This document shows, in pieces, positions 31,290-46,289 of a stretch of 64,000 nucleotides of DNA. The position numbers and the translations under genes were made by a program. The stretch's first letter is position 1, and the number at the start of each line of letters is the position of its first letter. Under the pieces are notes generated by a model. It saw only the letters and a program-made list of their open reading frames with translations. It was not told the origin of the DNA and did not search any database. Source of the stretch: Octopus sinensis (taxonomy: Eukaryota); assembly GCF_006345805.1 (NCBI RefSeq), contig NC_043000.1, forward strand, positions 137,888,001 through 137,952,000, given 5' to 3'.

Positions 31290-31680
31290 CACTAACAGTT
31301 TAGACATGAGCCAGGAGAAATTTTCAGGGGACGAAGTTCTGAGGATGAAGTACTGAGCATAACGGTTGTTGCAGGAAAAAGAGATAGCGGCACCTTGGTA
31401 GCTGATAAATGAAGAGATGAGTGGTGGAAATATCGGAACAGCCAGCTCCCAGAAGCTCATTATAATAACGATGTATATGACAGAACTTTTGTGGGTCGGA
31501 GGCTGGATTGTCTCCACTAGCGATAAAGTGGCAATCACCGAGTGACCCCTTTCGGTAAGTCAGTGAACATAGCAGCATCACCGTTCCGAATGTGGTAGCA
31601 GTATTTGGATTGAGACTTCCTGGGTATCAGCAGCTGCTTAAGTTGACATATCTTTCGGTTCTATATAGGAGAGTTATACA
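31290..31680 (-). mobile_element. Old CR1/L2/Jockey-group LINE 3' relic
   Basis: Degenerate KYCYHIRNG, IQPPTHK, RYYN..ELA, RYAQYFILRTS, corresponding to the post-RT C-terminal motifs. Confidence 0.6.
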
Positions 31681-34285
31681 TTGTGCAAATGGGTCCTAAT
31701 TATGCACACATTATTATGAACCTAGTAATAGTTTCGTGTGTATTAATGAAATATGTAAATACTCAATAAGGTAGTAAATTCTGTATTTTATTCGATGTCT
31801 TGTTGTCAGGAAGAAATTCGACCTTGGTAAGATTAAAATCAAAACAACCTTTCTATGTGAAGAATATATTGATATAATCATTTCAATGATAATTATTTAA
31901 TGAAATGACTGTGTTTGCGTATATTTAATTCCACTTTCTTTCTACTGAAGAATCATCTGTGTAAATCTTGTCTCCAGACAGCATTAAATCCTTTACAAAT
32001 TTTTATGTTGTCAAAGTTTTATATGAATCCTATTTAAATGATGCAATTGAAATAGATAATTCCATGCAATAAAACAAAAGAAGCAGCATATCTTTTACTA
32101 ATTCACTTAGAATATATATGTAACATATACATAATCTTTTAGCTAAGATTTGCAACTTATCTAAAGGCTTGTTGAATTCAACTTCAAAAGCCATAGATGT
32201 TTTTCCTCACTTAGAGAAAAGAAGGAAGGAAAAGAAAAATGTCGCAGCTATAAAAGTGTATATCGAAAATCCAATTATGTACCTGTGCTTTATAATTCTC
32301 ATATTGTAGACGATTCAGTTTTAGGCATACTTTACGGGGATACACAGCAAAGGCGGATTAGAAAAACTAGATATGACTATCTATTGGGGTCTCCAGAACG
32401 CTTACCTGTATTTCGCTATATAATACATGAATCATTATTGGAATAAGGAATTCCCTTAACTGGAAAATATGTGTGCTAAACTCTTTCTACTCTTCCACTC
32501 AAACAAAATTTCTTTTTATTGAAGCAACAATGAAGCAAAGGCGAAAAGTAGTAAAGCAAAATGCGTTTTTCGTTTTCATGAAGCGAACCAAGCACGCATG
32601 CGGTAAACTTTGGCTTAAATTTCAATTTGTCAAATTGCTTAGAAATCTCAATCTGGATTAGAATTTACACATTCTCTATATTATTTAAGAGGAGTAGGGG
32701 CCGAGACCGGACATGGTTTCTCCTGATGATATCTTTGGCCACTGGATCCTATAAGGGAGCTGTTGAGGTAGCGATCCACAAAACGTGTTTGGAATTCCCC
32801 TACACGTAAATCAAATACTTGGTAGCTAAGCCGTTTTGTAACCTTTAAACACTGTCTGGATACGCTTGTCTACTATACTTATATCTGGTCTCAAAGAGTC
32901 CTGCAAAAAGGTCATGATTTTTGCCCCTTTCTACAGACACTGCTTATAAGATATATACAACTTATATGTATTAGAACAAATATATTGAATTATTTAATTC
33001 TAAACCGAATGCAGAGACGCCAGCTACCAACTGATGCATCAAATAAAATCACACAATCAGTGACAAACAAAATTATAACATGAATCAGGCAAATTGCATA
33101 ATGCGGTGATCAAGAATTCAAACCTGTCTACGTCAAGTGAACAAAACTTGCTTCCTGCAGGTTTTTATTTATATTTCGTCAGGAGCAAACCATCTCAAAC
33201 TTTCAACTATTATGTTTTATTACAAAGTTCAATACAAATGTTAGAGTGAATTATATCCATTAAATATTTCAGTGATAGTAATACAACTAATATAGTAATA
33301 CTTGCATTCGTAATTTTGTCTAGTAAAGTTTATTATCCCTTTTGTAACTATGAGAATAAAATAAGATTGGTTGACAAAAGGTTTCGTCTATCAATTGAGA
33401 TATAAATATCTACAGTTAGGCAATTACGATGAATTTTCTGCAGGGATATGAAGCATGAAAGTTAGATTTGTCTGTGAATATTAGTGAGAATTCCTAAAAA
33501 GGGCTTAACCGTAACAATAGTAAATATAGTATAAATTACTGAGAAATTTATGCAAAATATAATTTGCATGAATAAATATCATCATAATTAATTTTGCATG
33601 TCTTGAAGGGCCACGCTTAGAGCCAAGCAAAATAAAAATGAATGACCTAAATTACATAACACAACAGTGCTATTATATTTTCCAGAAAATTTAATATTTG
33701 CTATTAGATACTTATACTAAAAAGGAGCGTTTCTTCACACGTTATTTCTAACGTATTCACAGATACACTAGAATAACAGGAAGTTCATACCAAATAAATG
33801 ATTTCTTATAATTGCACAGTGTTACACGTTTATAATCGATGAGATTAGCTTCCATCGTTTTAATGCGCTTGGGAATATGAAAATGAAAGTCAAGTCGAGC
33901 TGGATATGAACTTTAATGTAAAAACACATGACTAATATTGTAAATTATTTTGCCTGAAACTTCGCCTGTTACCGTTTTCCACCATTAGAATAGATAACGA
34001 TTTTTACCATATGCATACAGATACTGACAGAGGGACAGATTATATTACACGGGTACCAATAATTGTGAGGAAATCATTCAATAGATATCTTTAGGATAGA
34101 ATTTGACGTCAGCTATGGTAGAACTTGATCGGCGCCAAGACAACTAAATATTGCCAAGCAATATGTTCAGCGCTTCATTTTTCTGGATAGTTCAGCAATC
34201 AACGAGATTTTATAAATGGAGTTCTAACGATTGTAAACAACGGAGTTTTTCTCTAGGAAGGTGAAGTCATATACAATGATATCAA

Positions 34286-34614
34286 TCTCTCTATATCTAA
34301 AGCTGAAGTTGTCTGTGTATGGCAGGTTTGGTAGCCTTCAACTAACACTATCTCCTCCGAGACCCTGCGACGCAAGTTGACCAAAATTGATAGTATGATA
34401 GAAGAAGGCTTGCTCATCCTTCCGTAGAAGAAAAATTCAAATCGGACCATGTTAACACTAAAAATTACTTACATCAAATTTTTGGTGTATTTCAACCAGA
34501 AAAATGTTCACTTAAAGAGAATAACAAGCTACATAATGCAAAAGTTTTAATTTGCGAAAATTCCAATTCTAAAGGGTCGAAACAAACCCGAGAAACGCCG
34601 GGAGATACTGCTAG
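34286..34614 (+). mobile_element. Non-autonomous Helitron (second family)
   Basis: A|TC start tctctctatatctaaag; 3' caaacccgagaaacgccgggagatactgCTAG|T. Confidence 0.85.
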
Positions 34615-35245
34615 TTTAATGTAAAAGCAATTGAAAAATACATTTTAGTTCATGTCATATGCAGAGCTTCAGTGAATAACTAGTTTAGGTTGGTAGTGAA
34701 AGCGTTTTCCTGAATTATCTTGACAAAGGAACATCTTTGATTTTCTAAATAATAAACATATGCTGTAAGTAAGAAAGGCAATTTGCCGCATATATATCTA
34801 TGCTTAAAACAAAAGACCACATTTTACAACCATAGAGGAAAGCATTTCACAACGATTACGAGATGGACAGGCAGAGCTAGGAGCTTTGAATCTCGGTCTA
34901 GCATAAAGTCATATATTAAAAAAAATTTTGAATGTTCAAACGCAAAATGATTGTGATATCTCTGTTTCAATAACCATAAAAAGAATTTGAATGAAAAGAG
35001 AGTAATTAAAGTCTCAGAATAAAACTACAATCCAAATTTGAATCCAAAGATAAATATCTGTTTATTTATGGAATTAGATCCAAGTTCAACTTTCAATTTG
35101 AAATTACATCCAGCGAAAGAGAAACAAAGGATTTCAATAATGAAAGAAAGGAAAAAGGGTAATGATAATAGATGTGAGTAAAAATTACATATATATATGT
35201 AAATACACATATGTATATATAAATATAAACTCACATATATATTTG

Positions 35246-35291
<46 letters not shown>

Positions 35292-35327
35292 CATATATAT
35301 ATATATATATATAATATATATATATAT

Positions 35328-35368
<41 letters not shown>

Positions 35369-37149
35369 TATATACATATATATATATACATATATATTAT
35401 ATATATATATACTATATATATATATATGTATGTATATATATATACATATATATATGTATGTATATATATATATATGTGTGTGAGCGTGTGTGTATGTGTA
35501 TACAAACTTATTAAATTAAAAACGATAGGATAATGATGATTAAAGTTTTATCTATTATGAAATATTGATCAATTCTTGAACTGCGTTGAAACGATAGATA
35601 TATTTCATTACAATAACCGTCATACTGATAAGGAATTCGCGATATTATTGGTTACCATGATTTTATGTGTTATTTCAGATTTTCTAAAAGCTGAAAAATT
35701 AATAATAAATATATATGCGTAAAATATTTATTCCATTTATAGCCAACTTTAAGAGGCAATAGCAGTAAATATTGATAATATATAATCGAAAGCTTCAATG
35801 AAAGAGATGGAGAAATCTCTTTCTCTTCTAAGTTTATGTTTGTATGTTGTATGCGTGTGTATGGGTGTGTGTGTGTGTGCGTGTGTGTGTGATAAGAATT
35901 ATTATATATTTATATATGTATAAATATACGCATACACCGACAATAGGTATATACACACATATGCATACCCACTCTCTCTCTCATTCACACGTATATAATT
36001 ACTATTATCATTACCATAGAAGTATCAATTTTCCCAAGTTACCAAATGTACTTGCACTACACTATATCTCTACCTATCTGCATATTGCATAATCTCCATT
36101 GACGTACATCGCTCTTTCCGATTTTACATAGGCATTTAATCGCAATGCTTTCTTATTTCAATACTACTATTGCAGATTTCTTTCAACAACTGCCAACAGA
36201 GTTTTGTTTGTAATTCAATCATATCATGTGTTCAAAATGTGTACATTCTTTTCGCCAATGCAAATTGGCCAACTATTCTGTTATTCATATATCTTCACAT
36301 CAAACATCCACCCTCACTTCCTTAAATGTAAATATCGCGATATGAACAATTCAAACTGAGTTAACACTTCTGCAACTGTTGCAGCTCAATTATATTTATA
36401 ACCAGTTATAAGGTGCTATAAAACACTAACGTTCTTTTTCTTCTTCTCTGAAGCAGTTCACTTCTTAAATACCTGCACTTGATTCATTCCCCCAGTTTCT
36501 GTTATTCTCGGCGGCGTCAATGTAATTATTTACACACTACATCTAACGAATTTCGCTTTAGGATTCATAAAAAAGACGCTCTCTCGTTATCACTTTTTTG
36601 TTTTATAGTGTAAGATTTCTGACGAAGAAATTAAGAAATATAATCTACTCTCTGATAAGTGTTTGTTCTCATTTTAGGAAAATGCTTTTTCAGCGATTTC
36701 CAGAAGTGTGTTTCTTTGGTAATTTTATGAATGTATTTTCACATGTGTACTTTGCCCATAGAGTAGCAGATAAGGGATAGATTAATCTAAATTGTACTTC
36801 TTTTACTATTTTCCTGTAAGCTCTCTTGTAATATGAGTGTCTAGCAATCAAATTTTTATGTTGAATTACGAAAGTGCTTATCTTGTCATTCTACGATCAT
36901 TTACGATTTCTTTGCTAAAATAGCAAAAGAAAGAAAAGCCCAGAAAAATCGCTTTAACTGCACACTCACCTTACAACAGGAAGATATCACATTATACAGT
37001 GTAGTTCTATTTAGAATCAAATAATTAAGATACGAAATGGTCATGGTTTGATATCTAGTCATAAGTCTGCTCTGTAAGACAAACCTGGGAACAAAGCAAA
37101 AACTAGAGCTGGCTGGTTGTTAGTCATACGTTTTAAAATTATTTAGTAA

Positions 37150-37237
<88 letters not shown>

Positions 37238-37329
37238 GTCTGTCTGTCTGTCATCTGTCTCTCTCTGTCTCTCTCTCTCTCTCTATCTATTTATCTAAAT
37301 ATATTTCTTTAAATATATTGAGAGATGAG

Positions 37330-38650
37330 ATAGGTCGTACCACGAATTTTACCTTATTCGATATATCATGTTTTGGATGGCCGTAAGAAAATTGCAGATA
37401 TTGTTTAGAGTCTGTTGGCTTAAAGTAGATGTCGGTTTCAATAACTGTATCTGTATTTATGATTAAGATGTCAAAGCAAAGTAACTATTTTTGACTGTAT
37501 TTCATTGGGAATTGGATATTGTGGTTTACGCTTTAAAGAATTTAAACTCCAAGAGTGTATTCGCAATGTATAGCCACAGGATGGAAACAATCGTCCAGGT
37601 TAGGTTTTTAAAACTGGCCAGTAGGTAAGTCTAGAAGTTTTCACCGAATAATTTCGGCCTGCCGTGTTCGTATATTTAGACTTCTAAGTATACCATAATA
37701 AGGATAGGAAATGTGGGGGCTACATTCGTCACTGTTGCTGTCCTAGATATTTGTCTCTAGGTGCTGTAGATAAAATCAAAGAAATTATTTTGTAGGACGC
37801 ACTTTAATCCTTTAGTGATAAATATCTCCCTATTTGTTCAGAGAGGTCGTTTGGGAAATTTTCTCGCCAGAATTGTACAGCTTATATTCTGTATGCGTAT
37901 GAAATTGTGGCTTGGAGATTTACTGCATCAGAGGGAAAAGTTAGAAAGTCTACATTATTTCTTATGAGGCTGTGTATATTTTTAAGAATGGGTTTTATGA
38001 GTAAGTAAAGTTATTGAGTCTATATATTTCCCAGCCTGCTACAAATGGTCTTAATTTGATATCGTTGAGATATGATAGTTGATCTTCTACATGCTTCAGT
38101 TATTACTTTCCTTATGTGTAGTGTTAATGACTTTTCTTTTGTCTTTTTGGAACTGAAAGAAGGTCATAGATTTCTTCATTACTTTGGATTTGGATTGTTG
38201 ATAATTGCTTGCCTTTTCATAACAGGTGTAGTCTCAAAGTAGAGCTGGAGTAACATTTATGCTATGCTCCAAGTCCATAATAACTACAGCTTCATAAGCT
38301 TCTTTGATAATTATACTGTGATCACCCTTCAGCTCATTTATGACCCCCACCCTTTCTTTTCAGTTGAATTTGATTTAAATTTTTGATGCAGAAGTAAATC
38401 ATAAAGAAATGTGGTTACAAAATTTCAAATTTTGTTTAGAGATTTGTTCCTGCACTTTTTCGGACGTTAGTTGCATCTCTTATGAAACATTGATTCATCA
38501 TTAATTGCTTTGCGAATGCGTATGGTTCTATAAAATACCTGGTCGTCATTCTGGCTTTAATTTTTGTTTGGGTTTTGTGGTGTCGGGATGAATTTTATTC
38601 CCTTATTTCTTGAAATGGATCTCTTTCTGGCGTAATACTGCAGCCACAAG
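37330..38650 (-). mobile_element. Penelope-like element RT relic
   Basis: Minus strand in order: KGIKFIPTP, IIIKEA..AVVIMD, KLRPFVAG, NNFF.F...RQ...VAPTF.IL.M.YLE, LDDCF, IETDIYFKPTDSKQYL...HPKH. Confidence 0.85.
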
Positions 38651-38800
38651 CGTGTAACAACTCACAAACATTACATTAGGTATGTTAAACTGATAATCCT
38701 CACATTATTGAGCTGCATCTAAGACAAAATTTGAACTTTGTTTTACATGCACGACACTCTTGCACATCAGAAGTAGACTTTCTTTATTGTTTGTACATAC

Positions 38801-39242
38801 TTCTTGCTGACGATATGAATTCGTGTCGGACACGAAGCGTCTGTATGTAAATGAACACAAAAACTGCGAAATATTGTAATCCGTCGTTTTCTTTCACTCC
38901 AGGGCAGTTTCTTTACCCATAGCTTTAAAGTGTACTATGTTATATAACCTGAAACATCTTCAAATGGATTTCCTCCAGACGTGATATCGCAGCTACAAGT
39001 ATTTAAAAATACATATACGTCAAGTACGTAATATTGATAATATGTATATAGATGTGTGTGTGCCTGTGTTAGAATGTCTGCATGTATAATTGTATATATG
39101 TATATAAGGCTCTGTTTATGTGAATGTAAGTAATTAAACATTTTACGAGCCATGAGATAGCGTAGGCATATGTCTCACCTTGCTCTGCGTAGTAGCAAAT
39201 GCATAGCAAATAAATTTCATCCCAGATATAGTAGACATGTCC
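38801..39242 (-). pseudogene. Three short pseudo-exons (39179-39242, 38917-38992, 38801-38840), CUB-like
   Basis: Each has an AG acceptor with pyrimidine tract and a GT donor (gtgaga, gtaaag, gtatgt). Translations include CDITSGGNPFEDVSGYIT* and ASCPTRIHIVSK. The middle exon has stops. Confidence 0.4.
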
Positions 39243-39614
39243 CTAAATATGAAAACAGTAAGTCGGTAATAACGACACACTGGGTTTATATAGAACAGAT
39301 ATAGACATATTGAATATACTCGAAGAGATTTAAGAAAACTACAACAACCTTAATAACAGTAAAACGAGTGGACGAAAAATACTCGGCCCAAATACTTGTC
39401 TGAAATAAAAATGGAATGTTCAGGGCTGGAATACTTTTGCTCATGGTTTTACTCTCTCAGAACTAACGGATGTCAAAACAACAACATTAATAACCAGAAG
39501 TTTTGCATCAATGACTTTAACTCGGTGAGATCTTACTAGTTCCTCGATGGCTACGGTTGGCTAGCTGAAAACATTGATACACTATGAATTTTCACAATCG
39601 ACAAAAGAAATTTG

Positions 39615-39820
39615 TTAGATATGTGAAACAAAGTTTCGAATGTGTTAAAATGATTATGCAAGAAATTCAATGAAGATAGCTATTTAATTAGAAAAAGGTT
39701 AACGTTCTTTCTGAAACTCCGAGCATGTTAACACAGACAGGCGTTCTGATTTTTTGTTATGGGTTATCTCTATTATATTATCAGTATTATGAATAGAAAA
39801 ACAACTTGGATTAGTGATAT
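39615..39820 (-). pseudogene. Possible decayed CUB C-terminal half
   Basis: SCFSIHNTDNIIEI...SVLTCSEFQ..*PFSN*IAIFIEFLA*S...RNF in one frame. Confidence 0.35.
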
Positions 39821-41565
39821 ATAGAAGAATTAAAAGGAAAAAAATTACATTAAGTAGAGCAAGACGTTTGAGAAGAATAGAGGCAAATGAGTGATTTGTT
39901 GAAATACGTCTCCGCAATCTGATGAGTAAAGATAATATTAAAAAAAGTATGCGACTTTCGAAGATGAGAAGAATTTCAAGTGTTGAACAAGAAAAAGAAA
40001 TAGCACGGAAGGGATGATGAGAAAAAGAAAATACAATGTTACAAGAAATACCCAAATAGTGTTAGATACGACTTGATAATAAGTAAAAGGGTAGCTTGGA
40101 GCAGTAATTGATGAGATTGGATGAAGAAAAAAGTATGAATAAAATTATGTATGTATATTCATTATTGTATTGATTCTTATTGTTTTTAATAATTTCTTAG
40201 AAAGACAGTAGAGTGTTAAGAAACGATTTATAGCAAAACAAAAAGAAAAAAAAATTTAAGAGTGTAGTAAAATTAAACATTGTGATGTATAATGAATAGA
40301 CAGAGAAAGAATATAGATCGTTAAAAGGTTTAAATATGTTGATATATAATGTTAAACGGTTGCTTGGAAATTATTTATGGAGCTTCTTTGCTGTAATGTA
40401 TTGGTGTAATTTTCCCTAAGAAGCAACAATGAAGCATTGGCGGAATCATTCGAGCAAAAATGAACGATCTTTATCAATTAGATTTCCAATGTTTGAAATT
40501 CTGAGATATTCGAAGCCAGGAATACTGGCTGGCTGGAATTTCCTTCACAACAAATTGTCAGCGATATATTTATATTAGCAACTCTTCACTGCTTGAATGC
40601 AAAAGATGTATTCATTTTATATATCACACAAAAGTAGGGGAAAAGAAAAGATAGCGAACATCAAAGGCTTCAAACTAATTGAATTTAAATCGAACAATAA
40701 TCTTCAGTTAAAAATATATATAAAATTCTAGGATAACAACAACAAAAAATATATATATATTTTATATATACTTATTTGAATACGATGTTATTAGTATCAT
40801 CTGCGTACATGAATGTGTGCGTATATATGTGTGTGTGTTATGAGTGTACATGTTTTGTACACATCTTTGTTTAACAAGTGTACGTTTATGGAACATTAAA
40901 TGCACATTCACGCACAAACACAGGAATACACGCACGCATGCACACGTATACATACGCAAACAAAAGTATAGTGCATGTGTCTGCTCCAGCATATCGAGCG
41001 TACAGACACAAAGGTGCCCGTGTGCATACGTATGTATGTATATATGTCCTAGTATGACTTTAATGTACATCAGGTTGTGGGGCCCTCATACGGAAGCGCC
41101 AGGAATTTGAGGAGTCCGGAACCACTTCTTTATCACTGTTGTTCACAAGTCTACTCTGACTGAAAGTTGTAGCACCTCTTAGGGTCTCTAGCTATGGGTG
41201 AAAGAGCATGTAAACCACTAGGAGTTCAGGAATTCTAATTCTTGTTAGAGCATTTCTCTAGATGGTAAACTCGAATAGAAAAACCTGAAGTGCTGTTGGC
41301 TTCTGGCCGTTTCATCCTCCGTTGTGACGTTGATTTTGTAGCTGACATATAGCTGATTGTGTTGAAAAGTCGACTCAGTGCTGTACACCTCAGCCACTTA
41401 AAACAACCTCAAGCACAGGAACTTCTTGGATTCTTGGCACTTTGCACGGATGGACATAGGGTATCTTGGATATGGTCTTACTCTCTCAGGAGTTGACTTC
41501 ATGTATGTATGCAAAATAGAAGAGAGATATGTATCTGTGTATAGTACATATATATATATACATAC

Positions 41566-41600
<35 letters not shown>

Positions 41601-41999
41601 GAAATATGTACCATTGAAATACTTGGGGCGAATGAAAGCAACAGTAGTATCATAATCAAATTTAAGTATATAATTTAACATTTAAAATTTGACTTTTGCT
41701 TCGGAGACAGCCATTATAAATATCATTCTGGGACGGGAAGGAACAAAATCTCCGATGGCGATGGAACCACGATTCTATTGTTTTCTAGAACATAGCCTCA
41801 TCAAAATATGTGCATAGTAGTGTGCATACGATTTCGGTTTATGAATTCGTGTAGAACAGTTCTGCTACTTTAACTGGACTGAAGGATTCTTTCAGCTAAA
41901 AATTACGCAGACGTACTTGAAAATGGATAGGCAACATGTCTGACAAAGTAGGGCTTGGTTTGAAATCAGAGAGAGAGAGAAAACATCAGATCCTAGGAA

Positions 42000-42900
42000 C
42001 ACCTAATAGAGATCAGTATGACTGAATTTGAAGATGACAGTGAGGCCCCATTAGGCCAAGCTGCTTCTTCTACAGCATGAGCTGCTACACCTCCGTGTTG
42101 CTGAAATGTATGCAGCATTGTGTGTCTCCTTTTTGTTGTTGAGGGTATTCCTTGTTCCTGGTAGTGTATTGTATCAGTTTGTTTTGTCGTTGGGCTTCGT
42201 TTGTAGTCTCTTGTTGCGTTAGTGTTTGTATTGTGTGTTGTGTGCATAATGCGAGTTGTGCCCTTTTTTGGGTACCCAGCCTGCTTGAGGTAGTTTATTT
42301 CATTGGATATTTGCTGTATAGAGTGTGTCTTGTGTTTGGGGATTGTTTTCTTTGGGGTCTATTATGGAATTGTTAGTGTCTTGTGTAGGATGTCGGCGGT
42401 TCCTATCAGGGCTATTTTTAAGATAGCGTATAGCGTTGAGGGCTCAGATATAACTTTATGATTTTGTTCATATGTTGTTTTATTTATCATGCCCAATGCT
42501 CCAATTATTACTACTATTGTTTACACCTACATGCCCCACATCTTGAACGCTTAAAGTTCGGGGTCTTTGTGCTTTGACAATTTTTAGGCAATTTTTTTGC
42601 CAGAACGGACTGCAATTTCTATCAGTATGTGGAATTTTTTTCTTCCAATCCTTGAATATTATATCAAGGTAATTAGCTTTTATTTTGAACAGGCACATCC
42701 CAGATGATTGTAGCCTGGTTGTTGTCATTTACCTTGCTTGGCTCCTGTTTATACCATTTCTTGTCGATTTTTATGTTATACTGTTGTCATCCATAGTCTT
42801 ACAAAATCTCTTCATCTCCTTTGGTAGTTCTTGACAGTTTTCAATTTTCTGAATTATATAGGTATCCGCTCTATGATAATATGGATATTGCAAAGTCTAC
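42000..42900 (-). mobile_element. Old R4/Dong 3' fragment
   Basis: KKWYKQEPSKVNDNNQATIIWDVPV and KIALIGTADILHKTL, followed by a 3' UTR. Confidence 0.8.
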
Positions 42901-42986
42901 ATTCTTATTCTGTATATAATCATAACGGTAATAACATCATCATCATCATCAGCAGCAGCAGCAGCAGCATAATCATCATTATTATT

Positions 42987-43540
42987 GAGTGAGATAGCAA
43001 TACATGCCATCGAAGTGTCACTTGTGTACAAAAATATACGAATATACTAATCATGACTACCCGTCAGATAAGGGTAGTCCAAGCACATGCATCACAAATA
43101 TATATGTGAGACAGTGTGACCTCATATCAAAATAAACAGTGCATGACTTTGCATGTGAGGCCCTGTTAGAAATGTCTTCATGTCGCGTGGCTCACTCAGC
43201 TAAAAAGGGCCGTGAATAAGGGTCGTTTAAGGAAAATGAACAAACCATCAGTGTTTTCAGTAGTGAATCACTCAAATCCCCCAAAATTCATCTCAACACA
43301 TGGTTATGATGCTCCCCATTTTACTTCTGCTCCTGATCAACAATGCACATATCGTCACTCACTAAGGGACATGCTCAATTGGTTATGGTCAAGCAACAGA
43401 TAGGGAAATCTGTGATATAGCACAGAATATTTGATGCAGCCCCTCTTTTATACCGATATTAAATATGTATATGGTAATACTTTTCAATCAGTTAAGATCA
43501 GAAGCCATGCGAACCAGTGCCTGGTAATGCATCAGGGCTA
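42987..43540 (-). mobile_element. ~555-bp non-coding element in (TAA)n, older copy
   Basis: Colinear and diverged relative to 43645-44200, with the same two ends. Strand is inferred from the (TAA)n flank. Confidence 0.75.
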
Positions 43541-43567
43541 TCATTATTATTTTTATTATTATTATTA

Positions 43568-43644
<77 letters not shown>

Positions 43645-44200
43645 GAGTGAGCGAGCAGAGCATGCCATCAAAGTGACACTGGGGTAAAATATACGAAGCC
43701 CAGTATACCCATCATGACTACCCGTCTGATAAAGGTACACCAGGCACATGCATCACAACCATATGTGCGCGACATGGTGATCTCATATCAAGATAAACAG
43801 CACATGACCTTGCAGGTGGAACCCAGTTAGAATTTTCTTCAGATCGAGTAACCCATCCCGCTCAAAAGGTCCCTGAATAAGGGTTGTTTAAGGACGTGGA
43901 ATCAAACACCCATGTTTCCAGAGGTGAATTATTCAAACCCCAAAGAATCCTTCTCAACACATGGCTATGATGCTCCCCCACTACTTCTGCTCGTGATCAG
44001 AGATACACATATCGTCAGCCACTAAGGGACATGCTCAACTGGTTACGGTCAAACAACTGACAAGAAAATCTGTGGTATTGAGCAGAATATTTGCTGTAGC
44101 CCATCTTTTATACCGAAACAAAACAACGTACATGATAACACTTCCAATCAGTTAAGATCAGAAGCCATGAGAGCCACTGCCTGGTACTGCATCAGGGCAT
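43645..44200 (-). mobile_element. ~555-bp non-coding element in (TAA)n, second copy
   Basis: Flanked by (TTA)n on both sides; homologous to 42987-43540. Confidence 0.8.
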
Positions 44201-44225
44201 TTATTATTATTATTATTATTATTAT

Positions 44226-44759
44226 TCTATGTTTGACTTTTGCTTTATGTCTGTACAAGTTGGCTTGAAGTCTCACCCTGAGACCTCAAGAGACAACAGG
44301 TTGGAAGTTCACGTTGTTGTTATGCCTAGTGTGCCATATATTTGATATTTTTTTTGGTGTTGTACTAGTGAATGTCTAATACATAAAAAAAGGTTTGTTT
44401 TAAACCTTGAGATTACATAGAGAGTATTTTGCGTAGGATATGAGCAGTTCCCATAAGCACTGAATTTCTGCCATTTTGGGGTTTCCTGGTATCTGAGTTA
44501 GGTACCAATCAGTCCTTTTCGCTATCATTCCCAGGGCACCTATGACAACAGGTATTGTTTTAGTCTTCAGCTTCCACATTTTGCTGATTTCTATTTCAAG
44601 TTCTTTATATTTGCTCAGTTTTTGGTAGGTCTTGACAGATACGTTTATATCGATTGGGACAGTCATATCAATGAGGAGGCATGTTCTTTGTCTGAAGTCT
44701 TTCAATATGATGTTTGACCTATTTGCATCTATCAATATGATGTCTGGCCTATTTGCATC

Positions 44760-44760
<1 letters not shown>
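44226..44760 (-). mobile_element. R4/Dong 3' fragment (RLE endonuclease)
   Basis: CLLIDMTVP, KLSKYKELEIEISKMW, IPVVIGALG. Small tandem duplication at the 5' junction; (TTA)n flanks. Confidence 0.9.
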
Positions 44761-44816
<56 letters not shown>

Positions 44817-44824
44817 TATTATAA

Positions 44825-45596
44825 ACGTCGCACAGTATACAATATCGTGAGGTTGTTGATTGAAGATATTGTATCTACCGTTGGTTTGTACTGTTTATCA
44901 AGTCACAACAAGGAACTCAGACAGACGCTACATTATGCAATATGCGTGCAGTTCCAATTAATCTCGACTTTTGCAGTACATCTAGATTGTTGGGTATCTC
45001 TAAGGTTTTCAGATGTTTTTCAGATTGGGTGGTATTGAACTCAATGCTGTGAGGACAATAGGGATGTCCTTTATGTTCGACTCTCGTAGCTACCACATCT
45101 TATCGATCTCAATTTATCAACTTTTCCTCTTTCTTTCATGATGATATGTTGATCTCCTAGCACTGCTACGTCGATTATTAAGCACTCCTAAATGTTACTA
45201 TATCCGGCCTTCGGTGCTCTAACACTTTGTTTGGGCATCAAAGTCCCAGGAGATAATCATTTTTACTATTATTATTATTAATGTTATCATTATTTATTTT
45301 TATCTCAGGGTTTGTTGGAACACCTGGAGCCTTGCATGCGTTGCGGGCTTGCTGCTTGCAGCCTACGCTACCATGCTATATGTTCTTTTAAACTATCTAG
45401 TATCTCTCTGATATGTGCCAAAGAGGTAAATATCTTATAACAGTTCTACTGGACACTCTATTTTAATTTCCTTTATATTCCTCTTGATGCCATCTGATAT
45501 CGTTCTCAAGGACCTAACAATAATTGGCACTATCTTCACCATCTTCATTTTCCTTAGCCGGACTATTTCTTACTTAAAATGTTTGTATTTATCTAC

Positions 45597-45600
<4 letters not shown>
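44825..45600 (-). mobile_element. Two older R4/Dong 3' fragments (44825-45260, 45300-45600)
   Basis: WDFDAQT..EHRRPDIV..CLIIDVAV and VDKYKHFK*EIVRL...IVPIIV. Confidence 0.75.
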
Positions 45601-45648
<48 letters not shown>

Positions 45649-45755
45649 GAAGAAGAAGAAGAAGAAGAAGAAGAAGAAGAAGAAGAAGAAGAAGAAGAAG
45701 AAGAAGAAGAAGAAGAAGAAGAAGAAGAAGAAGAAGAAGAAGAAGAAGAAGAAGA
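45600..45755. repeat. Compound (TAG)n(GAA)n microsatellite
   Basis: Directly visible. Confidence 0.95.
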
Positions 45756-46185
45756 GGAATTTGATTTGACATCAATTATGCTAATTCGTTTTAATGCAGT
45801 TCTCGTGCTAATAAAAGAATCCTCCATTAAACGAGACAAACACAACAAATAACTTTAATAGCAATAAAATAAATTGTTTTTCATTTTCTGCTTCGTCTAT
45901 TACTTATGTCTTGTGTCTTTTAAAGAAATAATGCCGATCATATTCTGATACTGTATTGAAATAAAGAACAGTATTACAATATATATTCCAAATTTATTGG
46001 CATGTAAGTGAATATCGACAGTAAGATAGACAGCAATATATAGGCACTTGCTACAGGAAAAGTTATTGTTAATTCAGCTATTAAACTGAATGAGGTAAAA
46101 TTACAAATATAAATATACAATAGTAAAGAGGATTCTCTTTATTCAAAAATAATCTAAATTAGCCTACTGCTACTACTACTACTAG

Positions 46186-46223
<38 letters not shown>

Positions 46224-46235
46224 ATAATAATAATA

Positions 46236-46284
<49 letters not shown>

Positions 46285-46289
46285 AAAAA

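Noticed and set aside
33545-33600. Cluster of octamer-like ATTTGCAT motifs
   Set aside because: Expected in AT-rich DNA; no promoter context.
41070-41500. Possible RTE-like LINE relic
   Set aside because: Only one weak motif; cannot classify.
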